The notes under the pieces were generated by a model that searched no databases, was not told where the DNA came from, and saw only the letters and a list, made by a program, of their open reading frames with translations. A stretch of DNA of 64,000 nucleotides from a virus (lineage: Duplodnaviria; Caudoviricetes): positions 1-64,000 of IMG/VR virus record IMGVR_UViG_3300044647_001578, one strand, 5' to 3'. The position numbers and the translations under genes were made by a program. This document shows, piece after piece, positions 7,965 to 16,923 of the stretch. Numbering within the stretch: position 1 is the stretch's first letter; the number at the start of each line of letters is the position of its first letter.

Positions 7965-8176
7965 ATAGTTCTGTCCTTTAGTCTAAGCCATCTTCCATAC
8001 TTGTTTGGAACATCTGCCCCAATGTACTCTTGGCCAGTCTCTAAGTCTATCAGCAACCATTTTCCTGGTGCTTTTGTATGTATTGTTAGGTCTACAGCTT
8101 TTGGAAACTCTTCTACTTCCGCCCCTTGATACATTTTAGGCAGAAAACTATATGCGTTATTTAAAAGTCTTCTCAT
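7961..8176 (-). CDS. hypothetical protein
   Basis: TATAAT 6 nt before ATG. Confidence 0.7.
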   Translation of the reverse strand: MRRLLNNAYSFLPKMYQGAEVEEFPKAVDLTIHTKAPGKWLLIDLETGQEYIGADVPNKYGRWLRLKDRTI

Positions 8177-8183
8177 TATACTA

Positions 8184-8273
8184 TTATACTATAGAGCTTT
8201 CTTCTATTCTATCCACTGCATCATCAATTGTTGGTGAGTGTTCTTTTGTGCAACTGCCGCACTCTCTACACAT
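8184..8273 (-). CDS. 29-aa Cys-rich micro-protein (not in ORF track)
   Basis: MCRECGSCTKEH... Confidence 0.45.
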   Translation of the reverse strand: MCRECGSCTKEHSPTIDDAVDRIEESSIV

Positions 8274-8472
8274 TTCTTCCCCATTTAACCTTATTCCAAC
8301 CACGTTCATGGAAATAATAAAGTATTGTTTTTGTAAATACTTCAAAGCTGGCTATTGCGCCTGCTGTTACTGGCTCTTTAGTTATTGCCCAAGATATTAC
8401 AAATGTGTCTGCTGTTCCAATAATTCGCCAAGTAATTGCTTTTAATGCAGACCTTTGTTTGGTCACCTTCAT
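8266..8472 (-). CDS. DUF2061-like membrane protein
   Basis: RSxxKAITWR...YYFHERxW signature. Confidence 0.8.
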   Translation of the reverse strand: MKVTKQRSALKAITWRIIGTADTFVISWAITKEPVTAGAIASFEVFTKTILYYFHERGWNKVKWGRNV

Positions 8473-8517
8473 GATGGCCACTCAATATTATTGTCTTTTG
8501 TTACAAGATTCCAAATT

Positions 8518-9273
8518 TTAGATGCCCATTTCTTTACGCTTTTGCGTAGCACTGATCGCTTCAATTTCTGCTCCTAACGAGACTTGCTCAATCTTATATC
8601 CAACATCTCTTCCATATACAATGTTAGTAATGTTTGGCATCTTAATTACCATTGCTTTATCCATTACTGGATCCTGTGCAATATATCCCTTTACCTGATC
8701 AAAATCCAAAGGGTCTTTTGCGCTAGTATTATATGTATTCCTTACCCCAAGCATTACTTGCTCTGTTCTATTTACCGCTTCTTCATACAAAGCATGGTGC
8801 CCTTCATGCCAAGGTTGATATCTCCCTAGCATTAGTGTTGTTGGTTGTCTCCAGTCGTGTAATTGAAAATCAACGCAGGCTATTCTAGCTGCAACATCAT
8901 ATTCTGTCATGTCGTCAAAGGTTAAGTCTGGGTTTGCTGGTGTTTCCCACATAGCAGTTGTGTCTGGGAAATCTCTAACTGGATTTCTGTTCATCCAAAC
9001 CACTTTGTCTGGGTTTCCAAATGATGCTCTTGTCTCTGCTGTTGGATTAATGAAATCAACAACTACATTATGCCCTTGTTTTGCCAATAATCTTGACAAT
9101 GCGCCCATTCTACGAGCCTGCTCAATTCTGTCTTCTGCAGTGAATCCAAGATCCTTGTTTAGCTCTGCTCTTACTTCATCGGCATTTAAATGTATTCCAT
9201 TAATTCTGTCCGCTAACTCTTTTGCAAATGTTGACTTACCAGATCCTGGCAGACCAATTACTTGAATAATCAT
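8518..9273 (-). CDS. adenylylsulfate (APS) kinase-like domain fused to HxGH nucleotidyltransferase
   Basis: GLPGSGKST P-loop, LNADEVR...DLGFTAEDR; C-terminal GRYQPWHEGH ... ISAT. Confidence 0.85.
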   Translation of the reverse strand: MIIQVIGLPGSGKSTFAKELADRINGIHLNADEVRAELNKDLGFTAEDRIEQARRMGALSRLLAKQGHNVVVDFINPTAETRASFGNPDKVVWMNRNPVRDFPDTTAMWETPANPDLTFDDMTEYDVAARIACVDFQLHDWRQPTTLMLGRYQPWHEGHHALYEEAVNRTEQVMLGVRNTYNTSAKDPLDFDQVKGYIAQDPVMDKAMVIKMPNITNIVYGRDVGYKIEQVSLGAEIEAISATQKRKEMGI

Positions 9274-9302
9274 TTTACTTCTCTCTGTTTATAAATAACA
9301 CA

Positions 9303-9332
9303 CCCTACATAAGTATTATACTATATGTAGGG
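9303..9332. promoter_or_regulatory. inverted repeat enclosing a -10 element upstream of the APS kinase gene
   Basis: CCCTACATA...TATGTAGGG with minus-strand TATAAT inside. Confidence 0.5.
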
Positions 9333-9350
9333 CATGCTAGCAATGACTTG

Positions 9351-9557
9351 CTATACTTTTTTTCTGCCTGATTTTTTAGGCGGCTTTGGAATTAAACTTG
9401 TTTCTCTTCTTATTCCGTGCTTATTGGTATCAATTTTTACACCTTGTCTTGGATACCTTTTAGGTGTTTCTCTACTTGTAACGGCTCCTGCTGAAGCTCC
9501 TGCATTTGGTGCTGGTGTCGTACTCGTGCCGTCTTCTTTTTTAAAACTATTAGTCAT
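9351..9557 (-). CDS. small basic hypothetical protein
   Basis: Last gene of a coupled 4-ORF operon. Confidence 0.65.
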   Translation of the reverse strand: MTNSFKKEDGTSTTPAPNAGASAGAVTSRETPKRYPRQGVKIDTNKHGIRRETSLIPKPPKKSGRKKV

Positions 9558-9657
9558 TGGTTAAGCCTGACTCACCATCTCTAGATACATCTGTAATTGT
9601 GACTGGGGTGGCGCCTTGGGTGCTACCCAATGATTCGCATCCACATTCAATACACAT
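9550..9657 (-). CDS. 35-aa micro-protein (not in ORF track)
   Basis: MCIECGCESLGSTQG...; TAATG coupling, GAGG RBS. Confidence 0.6.
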   Translation of the reverse strand: MCIECGCESLGSTQGATPVTITDVSRDGESGLTND

Positions 9658-9806
9658 TATACGCCTCGATTTGCCCAGGCGTTAGCCCAGTAATCTGTTG
9701 CGTCTGCAACTGGTGCTGACTTTGCTTCTGCTTTTGGCTCTGCTTTTACTTCTTCTTTAACTTCAACAACTGGTGTTGTATCAATATCTTTTGTGTTATC
9801 TGACAT
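9657..9806 (-). CDS. 49-aa micro-protein (not in ORF track)
   Basis: MSDNTKDIDTTPVVEVKEE...YWANAWANRGV*. Confidence 0.6.
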   Translation of the reverse strand: MSDNTKDIDTTPVVEVKEEVKAEPKAEAKSAPVADATDYWANAWANRGV

Positions 9807-9808
9807 TA

Positions 9809-9967
9809 TTACTTACCGTTCTGTCCGAGGCCTGCGCCATCTTGTGTTGACTTATCTGTTGCTGCAAAAGCTGCTGCTGGTGCCTGTCCTGTTGGGTTTA
9901 GATCAAGGTTGTTTGTGTTTCCAGCCTTAACTTCGTTAAATCCTGTTAAATTCAATCCGTCTGTCAT
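9809..9967 (-). CDS. 52-aa micro-protein (not in ORF track)
   Basis: MTDGLNLTGFNEVKAG...GLGQNGK*; AGGAG RBS, TG-extended TATAAT promoter upstream. Confidence 0.65.
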   Translation of the reverse strand: MTDGLNLTGFNEVKAGNTNNLDLNPTGQAPAAAFAATDKSTQDGAGLGQNGK

Positions 9968-10042
9968 TTTCTTACTCCTATAGGTTATTTATTTAAGTGG
10001 GACTAGTATTCCACTTATCCCTCTATTATAGCATTTAGTTGA

Positions 10043-10165
10043 TTAGGATCTGTATTTTTTATGCCAGCAGGAATCACAGATATCTATGATTCCACCCTCT
10101 GGTTTAGCAGCTAATCTACTAGATTTATTACTACATCCTGCTATTTCACAGAATTCACCGAACAC
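10043..10165 (-). CDS. 40-aa Cys-rich micro-protein (not in ORF track)
   Basis: GTG start; CEIAGC...CDSC. Confidence 0.5.
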   Translation of the reverse strand: MFGEFCEIAGCSNKSSRLAAKPEGGIIDICDSCWHKKYRS

Positions 10166-10308
10166 TATTTAGATCCTTTGGCTGTTTGGCCACGGTACCC
10201 TGTCTTCTTCTTATTCATTGATCCTGGCTTCTTGTAACCAGCGCCATTTGGAGTTGCTGCAATTCTTTGCTCTAAAGCTTTTTTAATTTTATCGTGGTGC
10301 TTTCCCAT
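10165..10308 (-). CDS. 47-aa basic protein with KKPGS motif (not in ORF track)
   Basis: MGKHHDKIKK...GYKKPGSMN; TAATG coupling. Confidence 0.6.
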   Translation of the reverse strand: MGKHHDKIKKALEQRIAATPNGAGYKKPGSMNKKKTGYRGQTAKGSK

Positions 10309-10526
10309 TATTTTACCTTATCTCCAAACTTTGACCATACTCTTTCGTGTAAAAAGTATCCAATCATTTCGCATGCCGTGTATATGATTGCAAATGCTCC
10401 AGAATATTCCCAATGTGCTTCTCCAGTAATAGCTTTTTCAAAAAAATAAACCATTGTTCCAACAAACCCAATATGAACTGCTGGCCAGGTTATTGATTTG
10501 TACAAACTTCTTTTATTCGATTCCAT
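10308..10526 (-). CDS. DUF2061-like membrane protein (second copy)
   Basis: RSLYKSITW...YFLHERVW. Confidence 0.75.
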   Translation of the reverse strand: MESNKRSLYKSITWPAVHIGFVGTMVYFFEKAITGEAHWEYSGAFAIIYTACEMIGYFLHERVWSKFGDKVK

Positions 10527-11319
10527 TTTGCTCCTTTATAAGCTCTTCAATTATATCATGTACACGACCTGACTGTGGATCGTCCATATGATCATGCACT
10601 AGCAGGTCGCTAATGCCTATTGATTTTAAGTAATTAATTTTATTTATTAGATGTTCTTTTGTGCCACAAATGAATAAAAGCTTTTCTGATTCGCTGAAGA
10701 ACTCTTCTCCAAAACGGTCAGCTTCTTCTTGTGTATCTCTTATGACTAGTCCAAAACAAATCATTTGATTTTTATTATGAACTGGATTCCTGCTTTTTAA
10801 ATGATCTTCGTGCCTATTTATCATAGAAAGATGAGTAGCATTATGCTTTATTGCTAGTTTTCTTGTTTCGTCTGAGTGCCCTCCCATAACTATTGGTGGT
10901 TTAGACCTTAATATATCCATATTTAAAAACTTATCAAGCCATATGTCTGTGTAATTAATCCTAGATTCAGTTGTTTGAAGGAACTGGCTTACTAATACTA
11001 GATCTTCTACGCTTGTTTCCCCCGCATGAATATCACCAGAGACTACATTCAAAATTATTTTATTGGGCGCCATCTCATTTATTGATTGGCATATCATTGC
11101 CATATACTCGGGGCTTATTGCATAAGTTCTAATTGCAATCATATATTTTAATTTTTGCTTTGAAGACATAACTCTTACTGCCTTTGTCAAAAAATCTGGT
11201 ACTTTCGAATGATACACAAGTAGTACTGACTCGTAGCCAGCTTTTTCTAGCCTTGCCGAAAGTTCTGACAAATATTCAATCGACTGCTCGTTGCCTCTTG
11301 TCATACAATGAAATTTCAC
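10513..11319 (-). CDS. luciferase-like (LLM) flavin-dependent monooxygenase, SsuD-like
   Basis: E-x-AGY-x-SVL, KYMIAIR...SP, LNVVSG, GGHS motifs. Confidence 0.8.
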   Translation of the reverse strand: MKFHCMTRGNEQSIEYLSELSARLEKAGYESVLLVYHSKVPDFLTKAVRVMSSKQKLKYMIAIRTYAISPEYMAMICQSINEMAPNKIILNVVSGDIHAGETSVEDLVLVSQFLQTTESRINYTDIWLDKFLNMDILRSKPPIVMGGHSDETRKLAIKHNATHLSMINRHEDHLKSRNPVHNKNQMICFGLVIRDTQEEADRFGEEFFSESEKLLFICGTKEHLINKINYLKSIGISDLLVHDHMDDPQSGRVHDIIEELIKEQNGIE

Positions 11320-11357
11320 TATTATCCTTTGTTCAATAACAAGTCTATCATTTAAAC

Positions 11358-11393
11358 ATTAAAGGGGCAAGACCTAAGTCCCGCCCCTTTAAT
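11358..11393 (-). terminator. intrinsic terminator-like hairpin
   Basis: ATTAAAGGGGC...GCCCCTTTAAT after the 11403 gene. Confidence 0.65.
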
Positions 11394-11402
11394 TTAAGTT
11401 AT

Positions 11403-12470
11403 TTACTTCTTTAGTGCGACCTTTAGCTTAGGGAACTTCTTGTTCCACTTAGTTGCAAGCGCATTGTATTCCGCCTTGTATTTTGCTGCTGCTGTTGCTG
11501 CTGCTAGATCAGACGCTACCTTAGCGGTAACTGTTGCTGAATCTGATGCTGCCTTTGCGTCTGCAAGTGCCTTATCTGCTGCAACCTTATCTGCTGCACG
11601 TCCAGCACGTTCTGCTGCTAGTGCAGCATTAGATGTTGCAAGTGCTTGGTTTGCTGCTGCAAGTTCTGCATTCTTTGCTGCAAGTTCTGCTGCAATATCA
11701 CGAACTACAATTGTAGCGCTTACAGAACCGACTGGTGCTGCTAAGCCTGTTACGGCTGTTGCTACTGTTGCATATGCAACTACTGTAATTGAACCAGTTG
11801 CAGGTACTGTTACAGTCTGCTCTTTTGTTCCAAGTGTTGCTGTTGCTGTGTCAGTAGTTAGCGCTGTTGCCAGTGCTGCTCCAGAGCTTGAAACCAAAGT
11901 ATTAATTGTGGCCCCACCCTTTAGATTACCAAACACGTCGTATCCTGATACCTTGAGTACCTGTGATGTACCTGCTGCTGCTGATGCAGGAGCGGTTAGT
12001 GTAATTGAGTTCAAAGCACCTGCGGTACCTTGTACGTAATAAACTGTTGTAGTTCCAGCACGAGTAATCGATACTGATCCTACTGCTGTACTTTTAGTAT
12101 ATACATAAAAGTCTGCTGATGTTCCAGTTCCTGTTGCAATTGATAGCGTTGAGGTTCCAGATGATGCTGTTACTGCTGCACCAGATGCTGCAAGCGCAGG
12201 AACAAGTGTTGCATTTACTGCAACTGCTGTTACTACTGTTCCAGTGTCTACTGCTGTTACGGCAATCTTCAATGCATCTGCTGCATCGATGCTGTTATCT
12301 GCTGGTACTGGTAGTGCTACAGGTGTTGTTACTACTGTTCCACCTGTTGCTGCAGATCCCGCAACCGTTAGGGTTACAGTTCCAGCGTTAGCGATAGCTG
12401 CTGGCGATACAAGCATTGTGCTAGTCAGGGCTGCAGCGATGATTAGCGTTACTTTCTTAAATGAGTTCAT
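11403..12470 (-). CDS. secreted Ala/Thr/Val-rich surface protein (Ig-like beta region plus coiled coil)
   Basis: Sec signal MNSFKKVTLIIAAAL...ANA; AAGGAG RBS; basic C-terminus. Confidence 0.75.
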   Translation of the reverse strand: MNSFKKVTLIIAAALTSTMLVSPAAIANAGTVTLTVAGSAATGGTVVTTPVALPVPADNSIDAADALKIAVTAVDTGTVVTAVAVNATLVPALAASGAAVTASSGTSTLSIATGTGTSADFYVYTKSTAVGSVSITRAGTTTVYYVQGTAGALNSITLTAPASAAAGTSQVLKVSGYDVFGNLKGGATINTLVSSSGAALATALTTDTATATLGTKEQTVTVPATGSITVVAYATVATAVTGLAAPVGSVSATIVVRDIAAELAAKNAELAAANQALATSNAALAAERAGRAADKVAADKALADAKAASDSATVTAKVASDLAAATAAAKYKAEYNALATKWNKKFPKLKVALKK

Positions 12471-12517
12471 TTAATTTATTCTCCTTATTTCCTCTGCCTC
12501 TTGATGAGAACAGAAAT

Positions 12518-12718
12518 TTAGTTTAGTTCTATTACTTTTACTTGGAAAGAGCACGGATCTCCGCCTTCATCCCATTCTTGCATTTCTTCTTCTGTCATTG
12601 GTGGACCATCGTGTGTATTACAAAATACATCAGAAATCCATCCTCTGTCATAACCATTCTTGAGCCATATTTCAAACTCTACATGATTAATGTATCCTTC
12701 TTTATCTTCTAGATCCAT
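12518..12718 (-). CDS. hypothetical protein
   Basis: CxTHDGPP...GGDPC motif. Confidence 0.7.
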   Translation of the reverse strand: MDLEDKEGYINHVEFEIWLKNGYDRGWISDVFCNTHDGPPMTEEEMQEWDEGGDPCSFQVKVIELN

Positions 12719-13011
12719 TCTGAAAGCTCCTCAAGCATTACGTGCTTGGGCTTTGCGCCAGAAATAGTTTTAACTGGGACCCCTGACTTAAATAGTACCA
12801 TATAAGGTATGGAGGTTACAGAGTATTCTGCTGATTTGACAGGATTTTCATCAACATTTAACTTTCCGACCCATAAACCACGCTCATTTGATATCTCGTC
12901 TAGTATTGGAGATATTCTTTTGCATGGTCCACACCATGGTGCCCAAAAATCTATAAGCACCAACTTGTGATTCTGCAATACAGAATCAAAAGATTCGTCT
13001 GTGACTATCAA
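12709..13011 (-). CDS. trxA: thioredoxin
   Basis: WAPWCGPC, SIP cis-Pro loop. Confidence 0.95.
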   Translation of the reverse strand: MIVTDESFDSVLQNHKLVLIDFWAPWCGPCKRISPILDEISNERGLWVGKLNVDENPVKSAEYSVTSIPYMVLFKSGVPVKTISGAKPKHVMLEELSEWI

Positions 13012-13012
13012 C

Positions 13013-13222
13013 TTACTCTCCCTTTAGTTCATCCGCTGCTTTATTAAATTTATTCATAAATGTTTGGATTACCCAAACTGCGGTTTCTCCTGCATTGGCT
13101 GACATTGCTTTTGAAGCCTCTTCAGTCCTGTCTTCGATAGCAAGGGCGTTGTACCATTTCTGGTACAACTCCTCACCAATCTCTTTAATAATTTCTTCAA
13201 GTACAGTTAACTTATTATCCAT
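13013..13222 (-). CDS. hypothetical protein
   Basis: Coupled ORF. Confidence 0.7.
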   Translation of the reverse strand: MDNKLTVLEEIIKEIGEELYQKWYNALAIEDRTEEASKAMSANAGETAVWVIQTFMNKFNKAADELKGE

Positions 13223-14342
13223 TTAATCTTGCCAACTGGGCTGCCTTTAGTGCAGCAAGTTTATCTGCTGCTGCTTTTACTGCTGCATCATATTCTGCCT
13301 GTGCCTTTGCAATTTGTACATTAACATCTGCCTGCAATGCTAACTTTGCTGCAGCCAACTGTTCAGGGGTTGGTCCTGTTGGTGCTGCTGGCGTTGATGC
13401 GACTAAGGTGTGACGAAGTGCTGCATTTATGTCTATCAACTTCTTAAATGTTCCTTGTCTTCCGACTGTAGAAGAAGTCGTAGAACGAAGAGCAGTAAGC
13501 AATTGATCGTATGTATATGTAGGCTTTGCTGCCTTAAGCTTAAGCCATTGTGCGCCTGCAACTTGAATTGCAGATGAAGATCCAGCAATGTTCTTTACAA
13601 TATTTCCTGGACCAGCGACTGAGAAAAATCCTGGTGCAAAGAAATCAAGTTTAACTTCATCGTTATTGCTATTAGATGAAATTTCATTTTGCTGATCCAC
13701 ATAGCCAACTGAAATAGACTCATCTATACAGGCTGGCCAATCAATACGCTTGTAGTCACGACCATTTCCTGAAGGGAAAAAGGTTGGGATACCAATAGCA
13801 ATTAGGTCCTTAACGGATTGCTGTGTCACTGGAGTTTTAGGACAGTAGTCTGTTCCTGCTGGACCAAGGTTGTGCATTCCTTGAGACATTGTTACTGCTT
13901 GAATATTATACTTAGATGCATTAGATTTGACCCAATTAAGAGCATTATAAACTGCAGCCTCTCCTGCATTTTGTCTCATGCCAGTTGAAGTGTTTCCAAT
14001 AATTTTAATGAAAACAATATTTACTTCTGGGTTCGTTCTTACAAAAACGGATGTCATTAGTGTTCCGTGATCAAATCCATTTGATGCGATAAGGTTTGCT
14101 GGCATAGATGCTGCTCCAGCGCCTTCCATAAAAGACTTACCATTAGGACATGTTGTCCATTCTAGAATACAAACCTCTTGAATAATTTTTCCTTGAAATG
14201 CTGGTAAGGATGTGTCAATGCCTGTATCCAATATGGCAACTGCTGGCTTTGAATCTGTACGATTCTTTAGTCCCGCTGCTTGAGCGGTTGTAGGTACTGC
14301 TAGTGTGATTGCGATTAACGCTGCTATTAGTTTTTTATTCAT
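13215..14342 (-). CDS. secreted subtilisin-like (S8) serine protease
   Basis: Signal peptide; ILDTG, HGT, SGN, GSSSA catalytic motifs. Confidence 0.85.
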   Translation of the reverse strand: MNKKLIAALIAITLAVPTTAQAAGLKNRTDSKPAVAILDTGIDTSLPAFQGKIIQEVCILEWTTCPNGKSFMEGAGAASMPANLIASNGFDHGTLMTSVFVRTNPEVNIVFIKIIGNTSTGMRQNAGEAAVYNALNWVKSNASKYNIQAVTMSQGMHNLGPAGTDYCPKTPVTQQSVKDLIAIGIPTFFPSGNGRDYKRIDWPACIDESISVGYVDQQNEISSNSNNDEVKLDFFAPGFFSVAGPGNIVKNIAGSSSAIQVAGAQWLKLKAAKPTYTYDQLLTALRSTTSSTVGRQGTFKKLIDINAALRHTLVASTPAAPTGPTPEQLAAAKLALQADVNVQIAKAQAEYDAAVKAAADKLAALKAAQLARLNG

Positions 14343-14372
14343 ACCCTAAGTCTACTAAATAATAGCAGGATG

Positions 14373-14543
14373 TCAAGGGGTATCTGTTGGTCTTTTATAC
14401 CACTTGCCATTGTCTAGTGGTGGGGTGGTGTCCATGCCTTGTGAGTCTAATAAATTAGATAGACTTAAAGCAAGAAGCTCCATATGCATTTCCATTCTAA
14501 CAACGGCAAGCTCAAGTTGCCTCAATCTTTCAGATTTTCTCAC
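14373..14543 (-). CDS. 56-aa hypothetical protein (not in ORF track)
   Basis: GTGA overlap; MRKSERLRQLELAVVR... Confidence 0.55.
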   Translation of the reverse strand: MRKSERLRQLELAVVRMEMHMELLALSLSNLLDSQGMDTTPPLDNGKWYKRPTDTP

Positions 14544-14896
14544 TCTTGTATCTCTCTATCTAGTAGTGTTGGTGCTGTTGCCATACTTCCGCAGTTGGCA
14601 CATTCCATATCAAGAAAATATGTGGCTATTTCAAACTCTTCAAATATAACTTTTACGTTCCATATGTTACATCCACAAGGGCATAAGTGTGTTGGTGACC
14701 CTCTTAAATCCATTGCGTGATCATAATTTTCTGGCTTTAGGTCACTTATGCTTAAAGGATATTCTCTCTTTTGTGACTGTTCTGCCGCTTCTTCTAACTT
14801 GTTTATATAATATATTCCAAGAGCATACCTATTTCTGATCCATCTAAAAGAGGATATGATAAAAAAAGCTAACAGTATGTAGGCAACAGTTTCCAT
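14540..14896 (-). CDS. membrane-anchored Zn-ribbon protein
   Basis: N-terminal TM; CPCGC...CANC. Confidence 0.7.
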   Translation of the reverse strand: METVAYILLAFFIISSFRWIRNRYALGIYYINKLEEAAEQSQKREYPLSISDLKPENYDHAMDLRGSPTHLCPCGCNIWNVKVIFEEFEIATYFLDMECANCGSMATAPTLLDREIQE

Positions 14897-14910
14897 GATT
14901 CAATTATACA

Positions 14911-15468
14911 CTAAACTTGGATGTATGTATAGGGGGCTGCTACGCTCATATTGAACTCTGTTGCCGCTTCTAATGCTGCTTTAAGCCTTAGCTTAGGGTT
15001 CTTTTGCTTCTTTGTTGCGTGTAGTGCTCCAAGAGCTATCTGTCCGCCGCTTCCTTCCGCCATATAGTTAACTATGTTTTCTCCAACATGAAAGTCTTCG
15101 TCTACAGTAAAAAGTCTTCCACATACTCCAACAATAAATATTCCACCACTGTCTTCTTCTGACGCAGATCCTACGCTTCCGTATCCGTGATCTTTAAATG
15201 CCTGCTTAACGGAGTCAACAAATTTAGTTCGCATAAACTTATCTAAACCAGAATTTGTTTTAGTCGGTGTATATTTTGGAGGGGTCCACATGTATTGAAG
15301 AATTTGCCCCATGCGGAACGAGTCTGTAAACGCAATTCCATACTGACCGTTTTTAAAAACCTTTGGTTCTTTTCTTGACAAGATCCACCCAGTTTTATCA
15401 TCTGAGGCGGCGTGGTCGGAGCCCATATACACAACACCATTTTGGGCAATAGCAACAATACAAGTCAT
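14911..15468 (-). CDS. HslV/proteasome-beta-like Ntn peptidase
   Basis: N-terminal MTCIV (catalytic Thr), GSD, KVF, GSG...ALGAL. Confidence 0.8.
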   Translation of the reverse strand: MTCIVAIAQNGVVYMGSDHAASDDKTGWILSRKEPKVFKNGQYGIAFTDSFRMGQILQYMWTPPKYTPTKTNSGLDKFMRTKFVDSVKQAFKDHGYGSVGSASEEDSGGIFIVGVCGRLFTVDEDFHVGENIVNYMAEGSGGQIALGALHATKKQKNPKLRLKAALEAATEFNMSVAAPYTYIQV

Positions 15469-15500
15469 GTTATTAGTATACTATTTTTATTTTTGTATGG

Positions 15501-15809
15501 CTAGTCCTCATTGGAATGCATTTCTATATGGCTTAATTTAAGCAGAGTTCCCTCTAATTCTGCCTTAACACGAATTAATTCCTGTAAGGCCTCAAAGTAT
15601 TTGTCTTTCCATTCATTTAGATCTTTTTCTAATTTATATAATTTAATCTCAAGATCTTTTAATTCTAGCAAAAGCTGGTCGTGTGCTTTTTCTGCCCTAT
15701 GCTCTATTCTTTCTTTTTTGTACCTTCTGGCGCCAATCTGAGCTGTAAGCAGACCGCTAATAGCGGCGGCAAAGAGAGTTATTAGTATCTCAGTTAGGGG
15801 AATATTCAT
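15501..15809 (-). CDS. membrane-anchored coiled-coil protein
   Basis: TM helix followed by heptad repeats. Confidence 0.65.
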   Translation of the reverse strand: MNIPLTEILITLFAAAISGLLTAQIGARRYKKERIEHRAEKAHDQLLLELKDLEIKLYKLEKDLNEWKDKYFEALQELIRVKAELEGTLLKLSHIEMHSNED

Positions 15810-15838
15810 TATATGAATATTATACCGTACAATCTATG

Positions 15839-16075
15839 TTAAATTAATAACTCAGAGGCTGTTATATCTAGACCTACATATTTCTTTTTTGCAATATGCT
15901 CTTTTACATGATCAGAACCGTACTGTCTTCCTGCTAAAATAACTATCCATCTTGGCTCTAATTTGTTGTCTGTACAGGATTTACACAATAATAAATTTAT
16001 TGGCAACAAGACAGATTTCTTTGCTGAAAGCTCGTTCTTGCTTTTATTGCAAGAATAACACAATACTTTATCCAT
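15839..16075 (-). CDS. Zn-finger hypothetical protein
   Basis: CYSC...CKSC; GGAGG RBS before ATG 16075. Confidence 0.7.
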   Translation of the reverse strand: MDKVLCYSCNKSKNELSAKKSVLLPINLLLCKSCTDNKLEPRWIVILAGRQYGSDHVKEHIAKKKYVGLDITASELLI

Positions 16076-16388
16076 GATTTTTTCCTCCTGGCTTTCCTTC
16101 AAGCTCTACTCTTACTCCATATGATTCCAAGATATTTTTTACCATTTCTACATATTCTATAACTCTGACTCTCATTGAGCCGTCGTATTGTGCAAAATTA
16201 TTTTCATATAATCTGATTGCTAAAAACTCTGGATACTTTACTATGTCCATTTCAAGAGTTGGAGTTGGCTTTTTTAGTTCTCTTATTTTGAGAGCCATCT
16301 CTTTGTTGTAGAATGTTGGTTTATTGGGCTCGCCAGTCCATTCATTTATTCCGTACTTAAAGTGGTTCTTATTCTTATCAATAAACAT
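16068..16388 (-). CDS. hypothetical protein
   Basis: Overlapping gene chain. Confidence 0.7.
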   Translation of the reverse strand: MFIDKNKNHFKYGINEWTGEPNKPTFYNKEMALKIRELKKPTPTLEMDIVKYPEFLAIRLYENNFAQYDGSMRVRVIEYVEMVKNILESYGVRVELEGKPGGKNHG

Positions 16389-16689
16389 GCTTTTCCTTTA
16401 TTCTTTTCCACACATCTTTTGTCTTATGGGCATTTCTTACTTTATCATGAGATCCAGAGTTTAAGTAAACCCCTCCCCAAATTCCGTAATCGCTATTGGC
16501 AACACCGCTGTCATAGCATAGCTTTATAACTGGGCAGGAGAGACAGGCCTCGTCAATGCTCTTTGCTATGTTTACATCAGCTTCATACTTATCAAAAAAT
16601 AGATTTGTATCCATACCAAGGCACAAGGCCAGTTTGTACCAATCTAAATTATCTTCATCTACATTTAAACTATTTAAAATATTTGACAT
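16378..16689 (-). CDS. whiB: WhiB family transcription factor
   Basis: W...ALC...FF...CLSCPV...C...GIWGG. Confidence 0.9.
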   Translation of the reverse strand: MSNILNSLNVDEDNLDWYKLALCLGMDTNLFFDKYEADVNIAKSIDEACLSCPVIKLCYDSGVANSDYGIWGGVYLNSGSHDKVRNAHKTKDVWKRIKEKHVY

Positions 16690-16903
16690 ATCGTTTTGGC
16701 AGTTCCCAGATTCCTTCACGGCTGACAGAAATCTTTTCTGCCTTACCCCAAGCATCTTTCCTATACATACCTTTTACGTCAGTATAGCCGCCACTATCTT
16801 TTTTCCAAATTACAAGATCATAATTATTCCAAAATGATTCCTGTAACTTTGTGCGAGATCTTTTAATAAAAATCTCAACACCTTTCTCCGTTAGATGTAA
16901 CAA
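16670..16903 (-). CDS. hypothetical protein
   Basis: GAAAGG RBS, TTG start. Confidence 0.65.
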   Translation of the reverse strand: MLHLTEKGVEIFIKRSRTKLQESFWNNYDLVIWKKDSGGYTDVKGMYRKDAWGKAEKISVSREGIWELPKRYVKYFK

Positions 16904-16923
16904 ATTACTTTTACCTTTTCTAG

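Noticed and set aside
11440-12474. Long plus-strand Ala-rich ORFs
   Set aside because: Antisense shadows of the GCN-rich surface protein gene; the same applies to the plus-strand ORFs across the tail genes.
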